Source: Harriotta raleighana (Eukaryota). From it: 64,000 bases of DNA. Position numbers and translations under genes: made by a program. The notes under the pieces were generated by a model. The model made no database searches. It was not told the DNA's origin and saw only the letters and a list, made by a program, of their open reading frames with translations. The stretch covers positions 5,585,611 through 5,649,610 of the forward strand of contig JBNZDD010013718.1 of assembly GCA_050575255.1 (NCBI GenBank), given 5' to 3'. Positions within the stretch are counted from its first letter, which is position 1. Each line of letters begins with the position of its first letter. Positions 1-13,480 of the stretch are shown piece by piece.

Positions 1-19
1 TGTTGTTGTTGGTTACCTT

Positions 20-122
20 TGGTGAATCCCTGCTTCCTTGCCCCTGGTTCGGTCCCGGGATCCGCTATTGTGAAGCGCTCGGCGTGAAGGGCTCTATATA
101 AATTGAAGTTGTTGTTGTTGTT
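20..122 (+). mobile_element. L2-type LINE 3' tail fragment
   Basis: ggatccgctattgtgaagcgct...ctatataaattgaag(ttg)n; same tail as the L2 at 47237-47705. Confidence 0.7.
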
Positions 123-1399
123 TTTGCCTTCTCGTTCCTTTCTGTGTATCTACCATTTTCTTCATTATCCATTTACAGTTTCACCAGACTCTTGCTTTTG
201 GCTTTCAAAGGTTTTCAGCCTCAAAACAGATGGGGACTGATCTATTAAGCCAAGGCAAATTGTGCTTCTAAAGTGTCACCAACCCGATCACTCGATAGTT
301 CTGCTTGGCTGCCTTTCCTCTTACAAAAAGCAGACTTAACATTTTCATTACATTATTTGACAGCACAATTGGAACCATTTAGTCCAGAGAAAATGAGGGC
401 AAACTGTGATAGTGCTCCCATATTATGTTCAGACATTTCTTGTAGCTATGAATATTTTCCTATTATTCTACAATTCTTTATTTCTATTTTCTCTGATGAA
501 TTCCTGAACAGCTTGTCTAATTTTCCTTAAACACTGATGCTTTTGGCAAGGACTCCACCAAAAAAACACTAAGATGTTTGAATGTTTCAGTAACCACATG
601 GATACAGGTGCTAAGGTTTCATGGGCTTATGATATTACGTATAGTGAACAGATATCTTATTATAATTAAATTATTATTAAAAAATTAAATTATTATTATT
701 ATTACTAAGTAATCTTGTATTATTAAAGACAATTTCATAGCCAGCGAGAAACCACTCTGAATATATTGATGAATAACAGCTGAAAGGAACGATAATTCAT
801 TAGTACTTCACCTGTAATTCATTGTTGTTTGTGTTGCCAGCACAAATTAGTTTCTGCTTGTCATTCCATTTTAAAGTGAGTCAGCTTGCAAAGAGCTTTG
901 AGTTGGTTTAACACGAAAATTGCACTGATGAAATGCAAGCATTATTATTTTAGCAAGATTACAGGAACCAAACACGACTGATTTGACCCTGTTTATATTT
1001 AGGATAATAAGCTGGTTGTTACTAAGCTAATTAGAAGTTTTCATCATAAACTCAATTAATACCGTTTCAAACTATTTAATAGATTTGTAATGGTACAGTA
1101 GAACTGTATCATCAGCATATTAAGACTTTGGAATATGAGCATACCTTAGGGAGGTCATTAACGCAGCAAAGAAATATTAAGACGTTTCCCTGAGAAATGC
1201 TGGTTTCAAATCAAATCAGAGCCTGAATCAGATGGTTTGAATTAGTTGATACCAGTTGCCTCATCATGAAAGAAGACACGGACAATTTGGGCCTGTCAGA
1301 CCATACAAATTTCCTCAATGTATTATTTATAACTAAATTATTTATTCGGTGTGGAACGTTTTCCCAAATCCAGCAACACATCGTCGTTTACATTGTTAT

Positions 1400-1520
1400 T
1401 TTTCACAAATGCCGGTAACAAAATTACACTTTTCCCCAAACAGAACAAAAACACTTTTTATTTTCACAAATGCCGGAAACGAAATTACACTTTTCCCAAA
1501 ACAGAACAAAAACACTTTTT
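1400..1520. repeat. Tandem duplication, 61-bp unit x2
   Basis: ttttcacaaatgccgg.aac.aaattacacttttccc.aaacagaacaaaaacacttttt starts at 1400 and at 1461. Confidence 0.9.
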
Positions 1521-3420
1521 TTTCTGAAGGGAATGCAAGTTCCTTGGGCAAATTGCAAACCTCCTCCCTCTGTGTTTTCTAGCTTTTGTTTCCTGCGTTC
1601 CCATGTGTGTCAGGCAGCCGGCTAACCAAAACTATTTGACTAGAACAATGTACTGCTGTGATCATTTGCAAAGGTTGCCCATTTTAAGAACCTGCCTGTC
1701 GTATTGCTACTAGCACCCTTTCTTTAATGCTCGTGTAAATGTGGTTAGTAAATTCACCTAATGCTACGGAGACACGCTTCAGTGCCAGAACTCTGACTGA
1801 CAAGTGGTAATTGATTTACCCTTCATTATGTGGTCACAGAGCTGTTGTGATTGGTGTTCTCTGTCCTGACAGTAATATGCACACAGTGCAGATTGATTTC
1901 TTGCCACTTCAGATATAAATTTTGCTGTGAAATAGTTTTTAAAGTTATGCCAGCTGGGCTGTGTAATATGAATGTGCAAAACAACATGGGAATGCTAGCA
2001 AACTGATGGCCTTGAAACTTCCATTAAAAACAGCTGAAGCTGTCAAAATCTTCCTACTGCTCCCGCTACATACAAACGTCTCATTGGAAATAAATGACTA
2101 GGGGGACAGTTTCCTCTGTTGGATTATATGGTGTTTTGTATAGGCCCAGAAGGATCCAGGTTTGATGCCCAGTTTGTATTGAGTTAGCTGTTCTTATTTA
2201 AGGGGAAGGGGAAATTTAACCCAAGTTGTAATGCTGCTTAGTGTTTTAAAGCTATTAAAAGAAAGAAATGACAAGCGAGGCAGAGTACTTATTTCATCAC
2301 TTGTCTACTCTTACCATTGTATAATAATAACAAACCTTGCTTTTGATATAGCGCCTTATCACACCTTCAAGACATCTCAAAGTGCTACATGGAATATAGT
2401 GTATGTTTTTGTAGGTTAAATTGTGCATTGTTATTGATTATCTGTGATATACTCTTTGATCCACGCTGATTGTATTCACAATCCTTTGGAGTAAATTCTG
2501 ATTTATAATGAATTATTTTACTATTGCTCAGAGCACACCAAATAAGCAGGCTGTTAAACCCATCACGTTTCCATCAGTGCTGCCTCTTCCGCCAATGCTA
2601 TCTTTTCTAAACCCATAACCCTACACTTTCACCTCACACTGTCATTCAATAATTCTAATTCCCTTTTAAATGATTTTATAGACCCAGTTTGAACAGACTT
2701 CTGCGTTGAGGCATTTCATATTCTGATAATCCTGTGTGTAAAAAAATGTTCTTCTAACGTCTCTCTTTTTCAATAGATATATTTTAGAAGCAGCATTTTA
2801 AGTTGTTCATCTTTTACTTTAATGCATTCAAGGGCCCATGTTGTTTGCCATGAAGCACTCTTATAATGTTGATGGTCTAACTCAGAGATCTTAACCTTTC
2901 CAGGATGCCATGTACATCTAGAGAATCTATGATGTGCACTTAGTGCTTCTTCACCTCTGTAAAGCACAAATCTCTTTAAAATAAATTCCTATGTGTCTGT
3001 TCAAGACAACAGTGCATTGTTGAAGAGGCCTCAATTCTGAAACGCTGGGTAACAACGAGTCTGTGAATATATCAACTCCCAACTTCTGAAGCAAACGCAC
3101 AGTGGATCAATTTTCTGTTTAACAATATACAATGGTAAGAATACAGATTCAAATAGAATAAATCATTTGCACTGCTGGTTATTGCTTTGGGTTTGCCATT
3201 ATGAAGCACAGATGTGTTTGCCCTCTGCTCCCACTGCGGTGCTGAAAACATATTGCCATGAGATCAGCCCATCAATTTTTTTTTACTAGGCTGAAATCCA
3301 TACATACAGGTGAGTAGAATACTGAATACTATCCTGGATACAGTACCATAGGAGGCACAACAACAAAGTAACATGTTCCCTGAACAGCCCAGCATACATT
3401 ATGAATATGCAATGGTTTCA

Positions 3421-3568
3421 ATCAGTCAATCAAAATTACATTTATATAGCACCTTTCACATCAGGAGGTAGTCCCAAGGCGCTGTACAGTCAAGTAGGGA
3501 TCAGAGCAGTTGGGGAGGGGTTGGGGAAAGGAAAGTAGGAAAAATTGACTGTATATTTGTGGGCAAAA
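3421..3568 (-). mobile_element. SINE 3' fragment carrying an alternative L2-type tail
   Basis: Reverse complement is colinear with 48510-48640. Confidence 0.7.
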
Positions 3569-4482
3569 TTAAGGTTTTTTTAATAAGATGCAAAAATAGT
3601 AAGGAAATGCTAAAGGAAATGGCACTGGTAAAGCACAACAATATTTGTTGTACGAGTCTGTTTGGTTATGTATCCTTGTGGTTTTATAATGTGCATAAAT
3701 AAAATCACATTTACCATTTAGCAAATTAGAGCAAGTTTAACCATTAAAAAGCATAGTCCAACCTTATTAAAGCCTGATATTATATGTACCTATGCGTATA
3801 TTGATAGATAAGATTCAAAGTGGCGACATTGTTCTTGTGTATCTGTGAAGATTAAGTTGATCCCTGGTGTTAAGAGGGATGAGCTTCAACCAATGACTGG
3901 ATAAGCTACAGCTCTTCAGCCTTATAAAGAGTCAGCTCGGAGAAACTGAAAATACTAAATGGATAAAGAAAATAAATCCGGAACAATAATTTCATTTAGG
4001 CAAAGGCAGCAGAAAAGGCAAGGGTTGAGAGTTGTGAAGGATAACTTTAGGGTAGACACCAGGAAGCATTTTTTTTATGCAGCCTGAAGAGGTACATCAG
4101 GAAGCATGGTTCAGTCTAAGACCCTGAATTGATTTAGGAAACTGCAACGAAAGGCAAGCAGGGTAGGTATTCTGGAAGAACGTCTCCCAAAAAACACTGC
4201 TGGCTCAAAAGATATTGCTGTATCTGAAACATCAAATCACCTTAAATCTTGTGATTACTTCAGAGCTCCAGTGGGCGTTTCAATTTTAATTTTTCCTACA
4301 CATTGATATCTCCACTCATAATTGTTCTAGAAGTACATAATTCTTCTGTGAATTTATTCATTTCTTTCAGATCACACTGAAATCACCTCTTTCCACCTTC
4401 CCTTTCAATCCTCTCAACTACAGATTTTCAATCACTAATCTACATCCTTCAAGACAAAAAAAAAAAATAATTTTGTCCAGAT

Positions 4483-4634
4483 CTGTTTGTGGGACACTGC
4501 TGTGCGCAATTGACTGCTACGTTTCTCCCACAATAGACAATAGTCAATTCGCGTTACGGTATTCTGTGAAGTGCTTTGAGATGTCTAGAAGACATGAAAA
4601 GTACTGTATCAAATGCAAGATTCTTATTATTATT
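4483..4634 (+). mobile_element. 5'-truncated copy of the main tRNA-derived SINE family
   Basis: tgtttgtgggacactgctgtgcgcaattg...gtgaagtgctttgagatgtctagaagac...aaatgcaagattc(tta)n. Confidence 0.85.
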
Positions 4635-5789
4635 AAACCTCAATTGCTTCCATGCTTATTAGCAGGACAATGGCAATATAATTTATTTTAACTTACATGG
4701 GCCAAGGAATAATGCAAGAATATGTATACTAGCATCATTGTTAAAATGGGTAATACGGGGTCGAATTTTACCAGAATTATACTAATAGCATGTTGGTTGG
4801 CACTGATCCTTATAAAACCAACGTAAAAACACTAAAGACACATACAAAAGACTCGTACATCAAGTAAACTTGTTAAGGTCTTGATAATGTCACTAATGTA
4901 CTCATTCAATACTGTATTCCATAGCGGTAAAGAATATTGTCAGGTGGTATCAGTTAGTCTGGGTCAGATCTGGAAATGGTGAGATGATAGATCTACAGAT
5001 TATATCTCTGTATCTACATGAGAAACTGAAGTTTAATTTTACTCATTTGAAGATTCCTAGAAAACTAGACTGCTAACTTGAACACTTACTTTGTTACATC
5101 TCTAGGTGTAAAATAATTGAGGTGATATAGTAGGCTCAATTTATCAAAGAAATACCAGGAGCATACAAATGTATTCATGGCCTCCAAATCCTCCGAAATA
5201 TTAACACTGACTTTTAACCTATATCGGAAAAAGAGGCTGCTATTTTCAAACATCAGTACACATGGTTCATAGTTTCTTATCTCTTTAACTGTGCATACTC
5301 TCATCCTAAGAAAAGGTCACATGCAAGCTGCATAGACCTATCGTTGTTAGTCACATACAATATTTAACTGCTTGTTTTTGCTTCCAGCTTTTGGTGCTAG
5401 TTTCTTTTTCAGTTACCCCAGAAATGGAATTCTGCAAGGGATGCATCATTCCTCAAAAGCTGTCCCTATTGCTTTGTCACGTTAGAGTCACATTGAAGCT
5501 TGAATTAAGGATCTGACCAGATTTAGACTGTGCATCTCAAGGTTTGAAGAACCAAAATGAAATCTAGTTTCAAAACTGGGTTCCATTGTCTGGCCAAAGC
5601 TGTGTCGTGTCTGAACTGGTGATTGATGCTTTATGATTTTTGATTATGTTTCAAACAACAACATATGGGATTTTGCTGGTTTACAGTAAATGTGCAGAGC
5701 ATTAACTGCAGAGCTTGCTAGATTATTTACCTGCACCTCCCTCTAGCTCACTCATTTCATTCATATTGGAATAAGGCTGCACCCATGAC

Positions 5790-6050
5790 AACTAGAATTA
5801 TATAGTCCCGATGGGACTGTCGAATAGGAGGGTCTTGAGGCTGGACTTGAACGAGGCCAGAGAGGGGGTGAGGCAGAGGGACTGTGGGATGGAGTTCCAG
5901 AGGTTGGGGGCAGAGTGGCTGAAGGCTGTGGGGGCATGGGGCAGGCCAAAGCTTGCTGAGCGGAGGTGGCGGGCAGGTTGATAGGGAGTTAGCAAGTCGC
6001 AGTGTAGGGTGGGGTGAGGCCGTGGATCTTGAATTGGATCCTCTGGGTAA
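5790..6050 (-). mobile_element. L2 LINE ORF2 3' fragment
   Basis: Minus-strand peptide PTAFSHSAPNLWNSIPQSLCLTPSLASFKSSLKTLLF is the typical L2 ORF2 C-terminus. Confidence 0.85.
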
Positions 6051-7044
6051 TTATAGCTATAGAATAGCAAGGCATTTGTTCAAGTAATATTTTTACTTTT
6101 AATATCCCCCCACCACCCTCCACACAGACAACTTGGCCTACAATTCCCTGAGGTAAAATTGCTCAATCACAAAATGGCTGTTTGTGAAAAATTGTTGCGT
6201 GAAAATTGGCTTCTGTATTCACTGACAAACATTGTCATTACACTCCTGAGTAACTCATGTGAACCTCTTTGATACGTCTTAATGATGTGATAATGCGCAG
6301 CCTCAAGTGCAAGGATTGCTATTATAATAACTCTGCATTGTCTGACAATAAAGTACCAACTACTGTACCAATCTCAGGTACTAATTTGCAGTAATTCTAA
6401 AGTAAAATCAAATCTGCTGAATAATCTAAAATAATAAAGAAATAATCTGTTTTGATTCTGAAATCCAGTAAGAAATATCACAACAGACCACTCCATCACG
6501 GATATCATATGTCCACTTGCCAAGATTCCAGCTTCACGAAGAAGATGCAGCAATGCAAACTGCATAAAGCAGAGAAACTGATGCAAATGATGCCACAGCC
6601 CCTGAAGAGAAATACTCTGCTTGACTTCTTTCACTCGTGCACTAAAGGGCAAACTCAGCTGTTTATCCTTTCACCTCATAGAGTGAGCATTAGGAGATTT
6701 AATCATTCCAAGTGAAATTGGTTTGTGCCTTATTAATGGCTTGGGAATCATGCAAATCACACCGTTTGAAATCTATTTGGATTACAATTACTTCTATTCT
6801 CTGCTCTAGGCCCCCTCCGACTCTAACCATAAGGAAAGCGGGTGCGCTGCATTGTTTATTTCAGCAGCTTTGCTGCTAAACATTTATGAGCAGATCACAT
6901 GATATCACCAGCCTCCTTCTGTTTGGTAGTAAAAGCAGGGTTAGAGCAAGGGCACATGATTTGCTGGTAAAAAGAAATATCTGCTTTTCTGCTCCATTTG
7001 CTTCACCCCTCTTCTGAAAAATTCCATCTTTCCTTCTATACGAA

Positions 7045-7350
7045 GAGTCCTGCAGCTCAGTGGTTAAAGCACTCGCCTTCAAGTGAGAGACCTGGGTTCA
7101 GTTCCAGGCAGGGTGAATCCTTAGGCAAGTTTCCTTACTGCACACGCCTAATAATAATCCCTCAAAAAACAATAAGATTGGTCATTTCAATCCATGACTG
7201 TCAGTGGGACACTACTCTGAGCAATTGACTGCCACGTTTTGCCCACATAAGTACAGTCAATTCATTTTCAGTATATTCTGTGAAGCACTTTGAGATGTCT
7301 AGAAGACACGAAAGCTCTATATTAAATACAAGGATTCTTATTCTTACTAC
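7045..7350 (+). mobile_element. Full-length tRNA-derived SINE (short form)
   Basis: Head gagtcctgcagctcagtggttaaagc (A box) and gggttcagttcc (B box); body and (tta)n tail are shared with 7 or more copies in the window. Confidence 0.9.
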
Positions 7351-8639
7351 AGTACTAGTGTGCAAGCTGTAGGCTCCACTAACTCCCAGTACCCAGTCTT
7401 TGAGTGAACATTGAGTATTGGTGAGGATTGGACTGCAGGAGTCACCACAGCTGTACTTACTGATCTGGTCCTCCTTCAAAGTCTACTTTGTAATTTCTGT
7501 GGTGGGGGGGTGGTGAGAGGGGTAAGGGGGAAGAAGTTCTTCATAGCAGTCAGAGTAGGAACCATGGTTGCATTGATCCCTGGTTGTTTTTTCCTTTCTG
7601 AGCCCAGAAGATCAGATGCCAGTTGTGAAGCTCAATTGCTGCCCCACCCAACTCAGTACAGAATATGGTCCTTTGACTGTCTGGGCTCTCTTCACCACGT
7701 ATTTAGTAATAGAGTCAGTTACTATTAGCCGAACTAATAGCGACCAAGTAGAGCAGAGAAAACTCAAGCTTCAACACAACTGTAAGATAATATGCAAACA
7801 GTTCAGTATGTGTGCAATAAGCATTTTGTTTCCAATGGTATCTAATACAGCACCTAATAATTTTGTATATCCAACCACCAGGAACCGATCATGAATATTA
7901 ACCTTAATATTTTTTGTCAAGATTGCAACTAAAAGTGAGATTGTGCAGACTTCCTTTCATTCCAGTGATATGAACTCATAATATGAAACTGAGAACCATC
8001 CATCTGACTGGAGGGAAAGATAAAAATTCATCACAGGAAAAACGCTTCAAATGCCTCAAAACTATTGCTGTACTGCTGTGTTGGGTGAGTGCAGAGAGTC
8101 TTTGATGAAAAGCACAGTGAGCGACTCTTACTAAGGAAGACTGCTCTGCAAAGATCAAACACCTATCAGCACAAGTTTAGAAATGATGTGGTTACCTCAT
8201 GTGGCAGGGAGGAAAATATCACTTTCTAATTGTCTTCATAACCGAGACACTATATTTATTTTTTAAAATAACACTGAATTTAAAAATAATTTACTCCTTC
8301 TGCTTTCTGTGCTCATCAGTGAATAAATCTATGTAAGTCAGGTTATCAGAGTTCAAATGTGAGCTGCAGATTCAAACTGCCAAAAATACATGTTCCTACA
8401 CACATACACATACTGAGAGAAGCAGAACAAAAGGAGGGAACCAACATCATCAAACTAACCTTGGAAACTTCTGCCATCCTTTTTTTGTTTTTCTAAATAA
8501 AGTGAAAAACATTATCCTTAAAAAGTTTAGGGACATGTGATTTAGTCGCGTGACTTCATTTTCAAACTACCATGATTGGAAGCGATAAAAATAATACAGA
8601 ATTCTTGATTTTTCTCCAAACTAACAAGTCTTTTTTCTG

Positions 8640-9240
8640 TCTTCTGAAAAGTGGTACCTCACATTTATCTGCATGAAACTGCAGCTGCCATTTGTCTGAT
8701 TATTTCTCTAGTCCATCGAACTCCTCCTGTAGTCTTTTTACAAGCCTTCTCATAATTTCCCAATGCAGTCAACTTAGTGCCATCAGCAAAGTTTCACATA
8801 ATCCCTTGTATATTCACATCCAAATCAATGAGATATGCTTCTAAGAGCAATGATCCCAGCATAGACCCATGGGATACACCATTAGTTCCATCTTGCCAGT
8901 CTGAGAAACACTCATTGATTCCAATTCTCTGCACTTCTGTTCCTTAGTCAATATTCTATCCACTCTACTACATTACCTTTAATATCAAATAATATCAAAA
9001 GCCAGGGTATTAATCTCTTACGCACTTATCAGCCTTCTCAAAACCCTGACATGCGTCACCCACTGCATTCCCTCGTCTAATGTTTTCAGTAATTTCCTCA
9101 AAAAATTCAATTAGCTTAGTCAAACACAATCTACCCTTAATGATTTTATGCTGACTGTCCCTGATCAATTTATCCTTCTGCAGATGCTTATCCATATTGT
9201 TCCCCTTCTAATTGACTCCAGAATTTCCCACCACTGATGC
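8640..9240 (-). mobile_element. Degenerate CR1 LINE reverse transcriptase fragment
   Basis: Minus-strand peptides LIRDSQH...GRLCLTKLIEFFEEIT and a degenerate SHGSMLGSLL...FADGTKL (CR1 RT motifs QGSVLGP and FADDTK). Confidence 0.85.
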
Positions 9241-10519
9241 CAGCACCAGTATTGGTATTTGCCTATCAAAACAGAAAAGGAAATAATGGGTCAACCTCAT
9301 GTGAAATTAAACCAAACAGGTTTCATCCCTTTGATCAAACTGAACCAGTTGATTAGGCGGAGGGTGGCAATAGGGTGTTAGAATAAACCCTCAGGTAGTT
9401 AACTGGAAAACAAGTTTGTGACCAGTAACTCCCATTGAAAAGCGTTGGTGTGTAGATTTTCACTGAGGACTGGATTTAATGTGAAGTTAATGTGCACAAA
9501 ACACACCATGGAGGACGGAATGAGATGGACAGGACAAAGGATGCTTGTATAATCAGACCCCAGGGTGGTTCTGTGTCCTTAGAGAATGAGGGAGAATGTT
9601 ATCATCTTCTGTGCTCTCTCGGCTTGTGTGCTGGGCAATAACCATATGGACTAATGACTTTCATCTTCTTTCTTGAAATATCCTGGCCAAATATCCAACA
9701 CCTCATAGCTGCTGTTACAGGATATTAAAGATAGTTATTATTATATAAGGTGCGCCATTCTATCTGGACACGCATTAACTGCTGCAAATTCCAGCTGCAA
9801 GATGTAAAAAAAACCTTCAGATATATTTCAGCTAAAATAAGTAAAAAGGGGTTATTGTAACCAGATGGGGTCACTCTTCCCGCACCATAATTTCTGGTGC
9901 ACAAAACACTTGTTAGTGCTAATGATGGTTTGTGTTACTGACCCTGTCACCTGCCATTTGCCTATAAAAATAACAAATAAGGCAGAACAACTTCTAAAGG
10001 CATTCCAAGCATTGTATACATCAAAAGATTTGTAGGGACCAGTAATATATACACTGTTATTCAGAACAAAGGAAACTTAGCTTGTCAACTAGTAACACAG
10101 AGTCATTATTATTTTCTTTTACATATGATTTGATATTGTACATCTGGCCTTATCAAGTCAACACATTTATTTTACTGACCTGCTCTGCATTCACAATTAT
10201 GCATAGAAACAGGCGATAGACTCTTACCCCTAAAAAAAACTCTTAAATGTAGTTCTCTGAGTTGCAGGATCTTTGTTGGTGGATGGCCACAGCAGCAATA
10301 TAAAGTGCTGATTGATCAACAGCAATTCAGCTCCATTAGGGTGGAGAGGTAACTGGATAAACCAGTTTTGCTACATCAGTGCTTCCAGTTGGGTGATTGG
10401 AATGATAACAGTGGTGCAGATACCTGTGACTCAAACTCTGCTGTCCTCCAGCTGAATTCACTCTGATACCTATCAGAGAAACACATGGAGAGAGACCAGC
10501 ATGATAATGATTAACTCAG

Positions 10520-10890
10520 TCTTCTTACAACAGTAGTGGATGGTTCTGATTATACAGTGCTTGAAGCAAGAAGCATCAGCATATTTACGAGAAAACTTGA
10601 TGCGTACGTGAGAAAGAATGGAGATGTATAGAAGAGGGGAATAGAAGGGATGGGAGATTGTGTGGAGTATAAACACAGGCACCGAGTAGTTGGGTCAAAT
10701 GACATGATTTTGTCCTACATCAATCAATGTAATTCCAGAGGGGCAGAATGGCTGAAAGCTCGCCCACCGATTCTGCAGGGGAGAGAAGCAGGCTGGTCTT
10801 AAGATGTGTGGAGGGAGAGGGCAAGATGGGAGAAGTCTGCAGAACTAGGGAGGAGCGACTTCACAGATGGATTTGAACAAGAGGATCTTC
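10520..10890. mobile_element. CR1 3' tail (+) abutting an L2 3' fragment (-)
   Basis: tgtggagtataaacacaggcaccgagtagttgggtcaaat (CR1-like tail), then ttccagaggggcagaatggctgaaagctcg (L2 LWN region, reverse). Confidence 0.55.
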
Positions 10891-11778
10891 AATTCTGATA
10901 AATTTGACACTGAATACTGGGCTTTAGGAGCATCTGTAGACATTTAACATGTGAGCTCTGTACATGTTAATGTTTTGTTAATCAACAAGACAGAACTTGT
11001 GAAATTCAGCATCCAAATATTTAGCAGGCAAAAATGGAGTGGAATAGCCTGAGGAGTGTCCAGCAAATCAGGATTTATTCTTTAATTACACATTGTTTGA
11101 AATGTCAAGAGTGTTTTATGCGTGGCAGCTGGCATCGGGACAGCATCTTTGTGAACATTATAATCCTGAGCAATTATGTGGTTGAACCATATAATCATTT
11201 CTGAGGGAAAAAAAACATTTGGAATATTCCATCCGCTGTTTCTTTTTCTGGTAAATAAATCAAAAGAAAATGTACATTTTTGACAACACAATCTTGAGAA
11301 ACGTCTCATAATAGAAGCACCACCCTGGATCTATTTTTGTTTGCTTCTGTTTGCACACAATGTGGGTAATGAATTGCAAATGTTAGCTTGATATATATTT
11401 ATATACAGTATACGGTTGAGGGACACTCATTTAGAAATTTGTAATTATATTTTAGAAAATGCAATATGAGAGGGCGTCATGAAATTTAATTATCCAGCAC
11501 CATTTCTTTTTCAACCTGGTTGCTATTAAACCATATCTTTAAACCTTTGAAATCCAGCAGTTAACCTTTTCAGTTCTGAATTTGTTCAGCAGGATTTCTA
11601 TTACAGTTTGTTTCTGGAAAATATGTCTAATTATTGGTGGATAATGAATACCTTATTCTTCCATTTGGCTGGATATTTACTCAACTGAGAGAATGTGTGC
11701 AACATGATATTGTAATAATAATCCTTGCATTTGATTATTATGCATTGAACATGAATGCACCTGAAATTAACTGTATGA

Positions 11779-12087
11779 AATAATAATGATAATCCTTGCA
11801 TTTGATGTAGTGCTTTTCAGTCTTCTAGACATCTCAAAGTGCTTCACAGAATATACTGTAAAGTGAATTGACTGTATATTTGTAGGTGAAACGTGGCAGC
11901 CAATTGCACACAGCAGCGTCTCACAAACAGTCGTGGATTGAAATGACCAATCTGTATTATTGTTTTTTTTTGAGGGATCATTATTAGGCATGTGGTATAA
12001 GGAAACTTGCCCAAGGTTTCACCCTTACCTGGACCCTTCGTTAAGACTTGCAAGGCAAGTGCTCTAATCACTGAGCTACAGGACTGC
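11779..12087 (-). mobile_element. Full-length tRNA-derived SINE (short form)
   Basis: Reverse-complement match to 7045-7350 including the agtcctgtagctcagtga head. Confidence 0.9.
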
Positions 12088-12183
12088 ACAATCCATAATT
12101 ATGATCAATAATTAATCCTAGAAATCAAATTCAGACTCATCCATGCAAATAAAGTTCAAGAGATTTTATCTGATGAAAATAAA

Positions 12184-12189
12184 TTTATT
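12184..12189 (-). terminator. Candidate distal polyadenylation signal AATAAA
   Basis: tttatt on + strand, at the end of the U-rich UTR-like block. Confidence 0.4.
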
Positions 12190-13129
12190 ATGAAATATTC
12201 TGCAAAATTCTGTTCCATTAATGGAATGACTGATTTCGTTAGTCTTTTTATGATTCTCAACAATTTTCTGCATTTTTCTCTGACACCCAGAAAACCATAA
12301 ATATACTGCAAGTCATTGATACAGTACAGGTGTAGGCAAAACTGCTAACAGTACATTTCATTTTGTAAATAAAAAGCTAGTCATGATGAATATATTCCCA
12401 GTATCACATTATAATAATATCAAGCACTTTCTTTAACGAGGATTACTGTCCCAACAGAATAGCACCATGTAGAATATAGTGGCAGTCTACAACTTTGACT
12501 CACTTGTGCAACTAATATTTTACAGTACAACTGTAATAGTACAAAGCCTACTTTGTAAAACTGAAAGAAAACAAGTATGATGCAAAAATTAGCACCAACT
12601 AAAATAAACACTGAAAAAAGTACACCTCTCATACCTTGTAGCTCACAAACTCTGCCACGTACAGGAATCTAACCTTTTCACTCATGGCTCTCAACGGGAG
12701 TTAACTTAGATGTTTTTAGTGGTTACGTTCAGGCACAGATCATGTTTTGATCTGTTTGTTGTCTTTAAAGACACTTGATCAGGACTACAGCATGACACAA
12801 GTGGCAACCTAATGACGCCATCTGCATCCGCAACAAAAATATTAGCTTTAAAAAATGGTTTTAATTAGGGCAAAGGTGATTCGTGTAAGTCAACAGGGTT
12901 TCAGTCACACCAATATACAACAGTACAAAAACTCCAAACATTAATGATATAGAACAGTAGGTTCCTAATTGTGTACCCACACAATCGTTAAAGCTGCATA
13001 ATCTGCAGCGATTTATTGGACTAACTGAACAGTGTCTGAAAAAACATAATTATTCACTTGTATTTCAGAGATAAAAGATGGAAAATAGAAACTAAACATT
13101 GTTACTGGGGTGGCACAATGAGTCTATCC

Positions 13130-13480
13130 AGAGACTAGCTGAGCCTTTCAGATTCAGGAAAGTCCCTGGTTTGATCCCTGGTCTATGGTGAGTTAGCTAT
13201 CTCCTACAGGGCAGTGGTTGAGGTGCCAATGTTGACTTCAGCATCCTGGCTAGAGGAGGGGGTGGGGGGAAGGGGAAATGTGCCTTTGTTCCAGCTCCTG
13301 ATCAATATCAGCGATTCCTGCTGGAGATATGTGTATGTGTGGACATTGAGTAAAGGATAGTTTGGATTCAGCTGCATTGGCCCTATTCTCAACTAGTCTG
13401 TAAACATACAAATGGCAAGATTAATCATGAATAATGCCCACATGGGAAAAGTACTGGAGGGTTATTAACCCATGTGCAGA
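13130..13480 (+). mobile_element. Old SINE-like repeat of a second family; other copies near 2140-2260, 37130-37400 and 62120-62370
   Basis: Shared blocks ggtttgatccctggtct..g.tgagttagct, cc.gctcctgatc, g(t)ggacatt.ggtga.gat and aatgg.cac.tggg. Confidence 0.6.

Noticed and set aside
7045-7120. tRNA-like sequence with A and B boxes
   Set aside because: It is the head of a SINE continuing into the family body; no intact cloverleaf, so not a tRNA gene.
1-12000. Possible exons of a neighbouring downstream gene
   Set aside because: I found no splice-bounded segment with a recognisable peptide; small exons cannot be excluded by eye.
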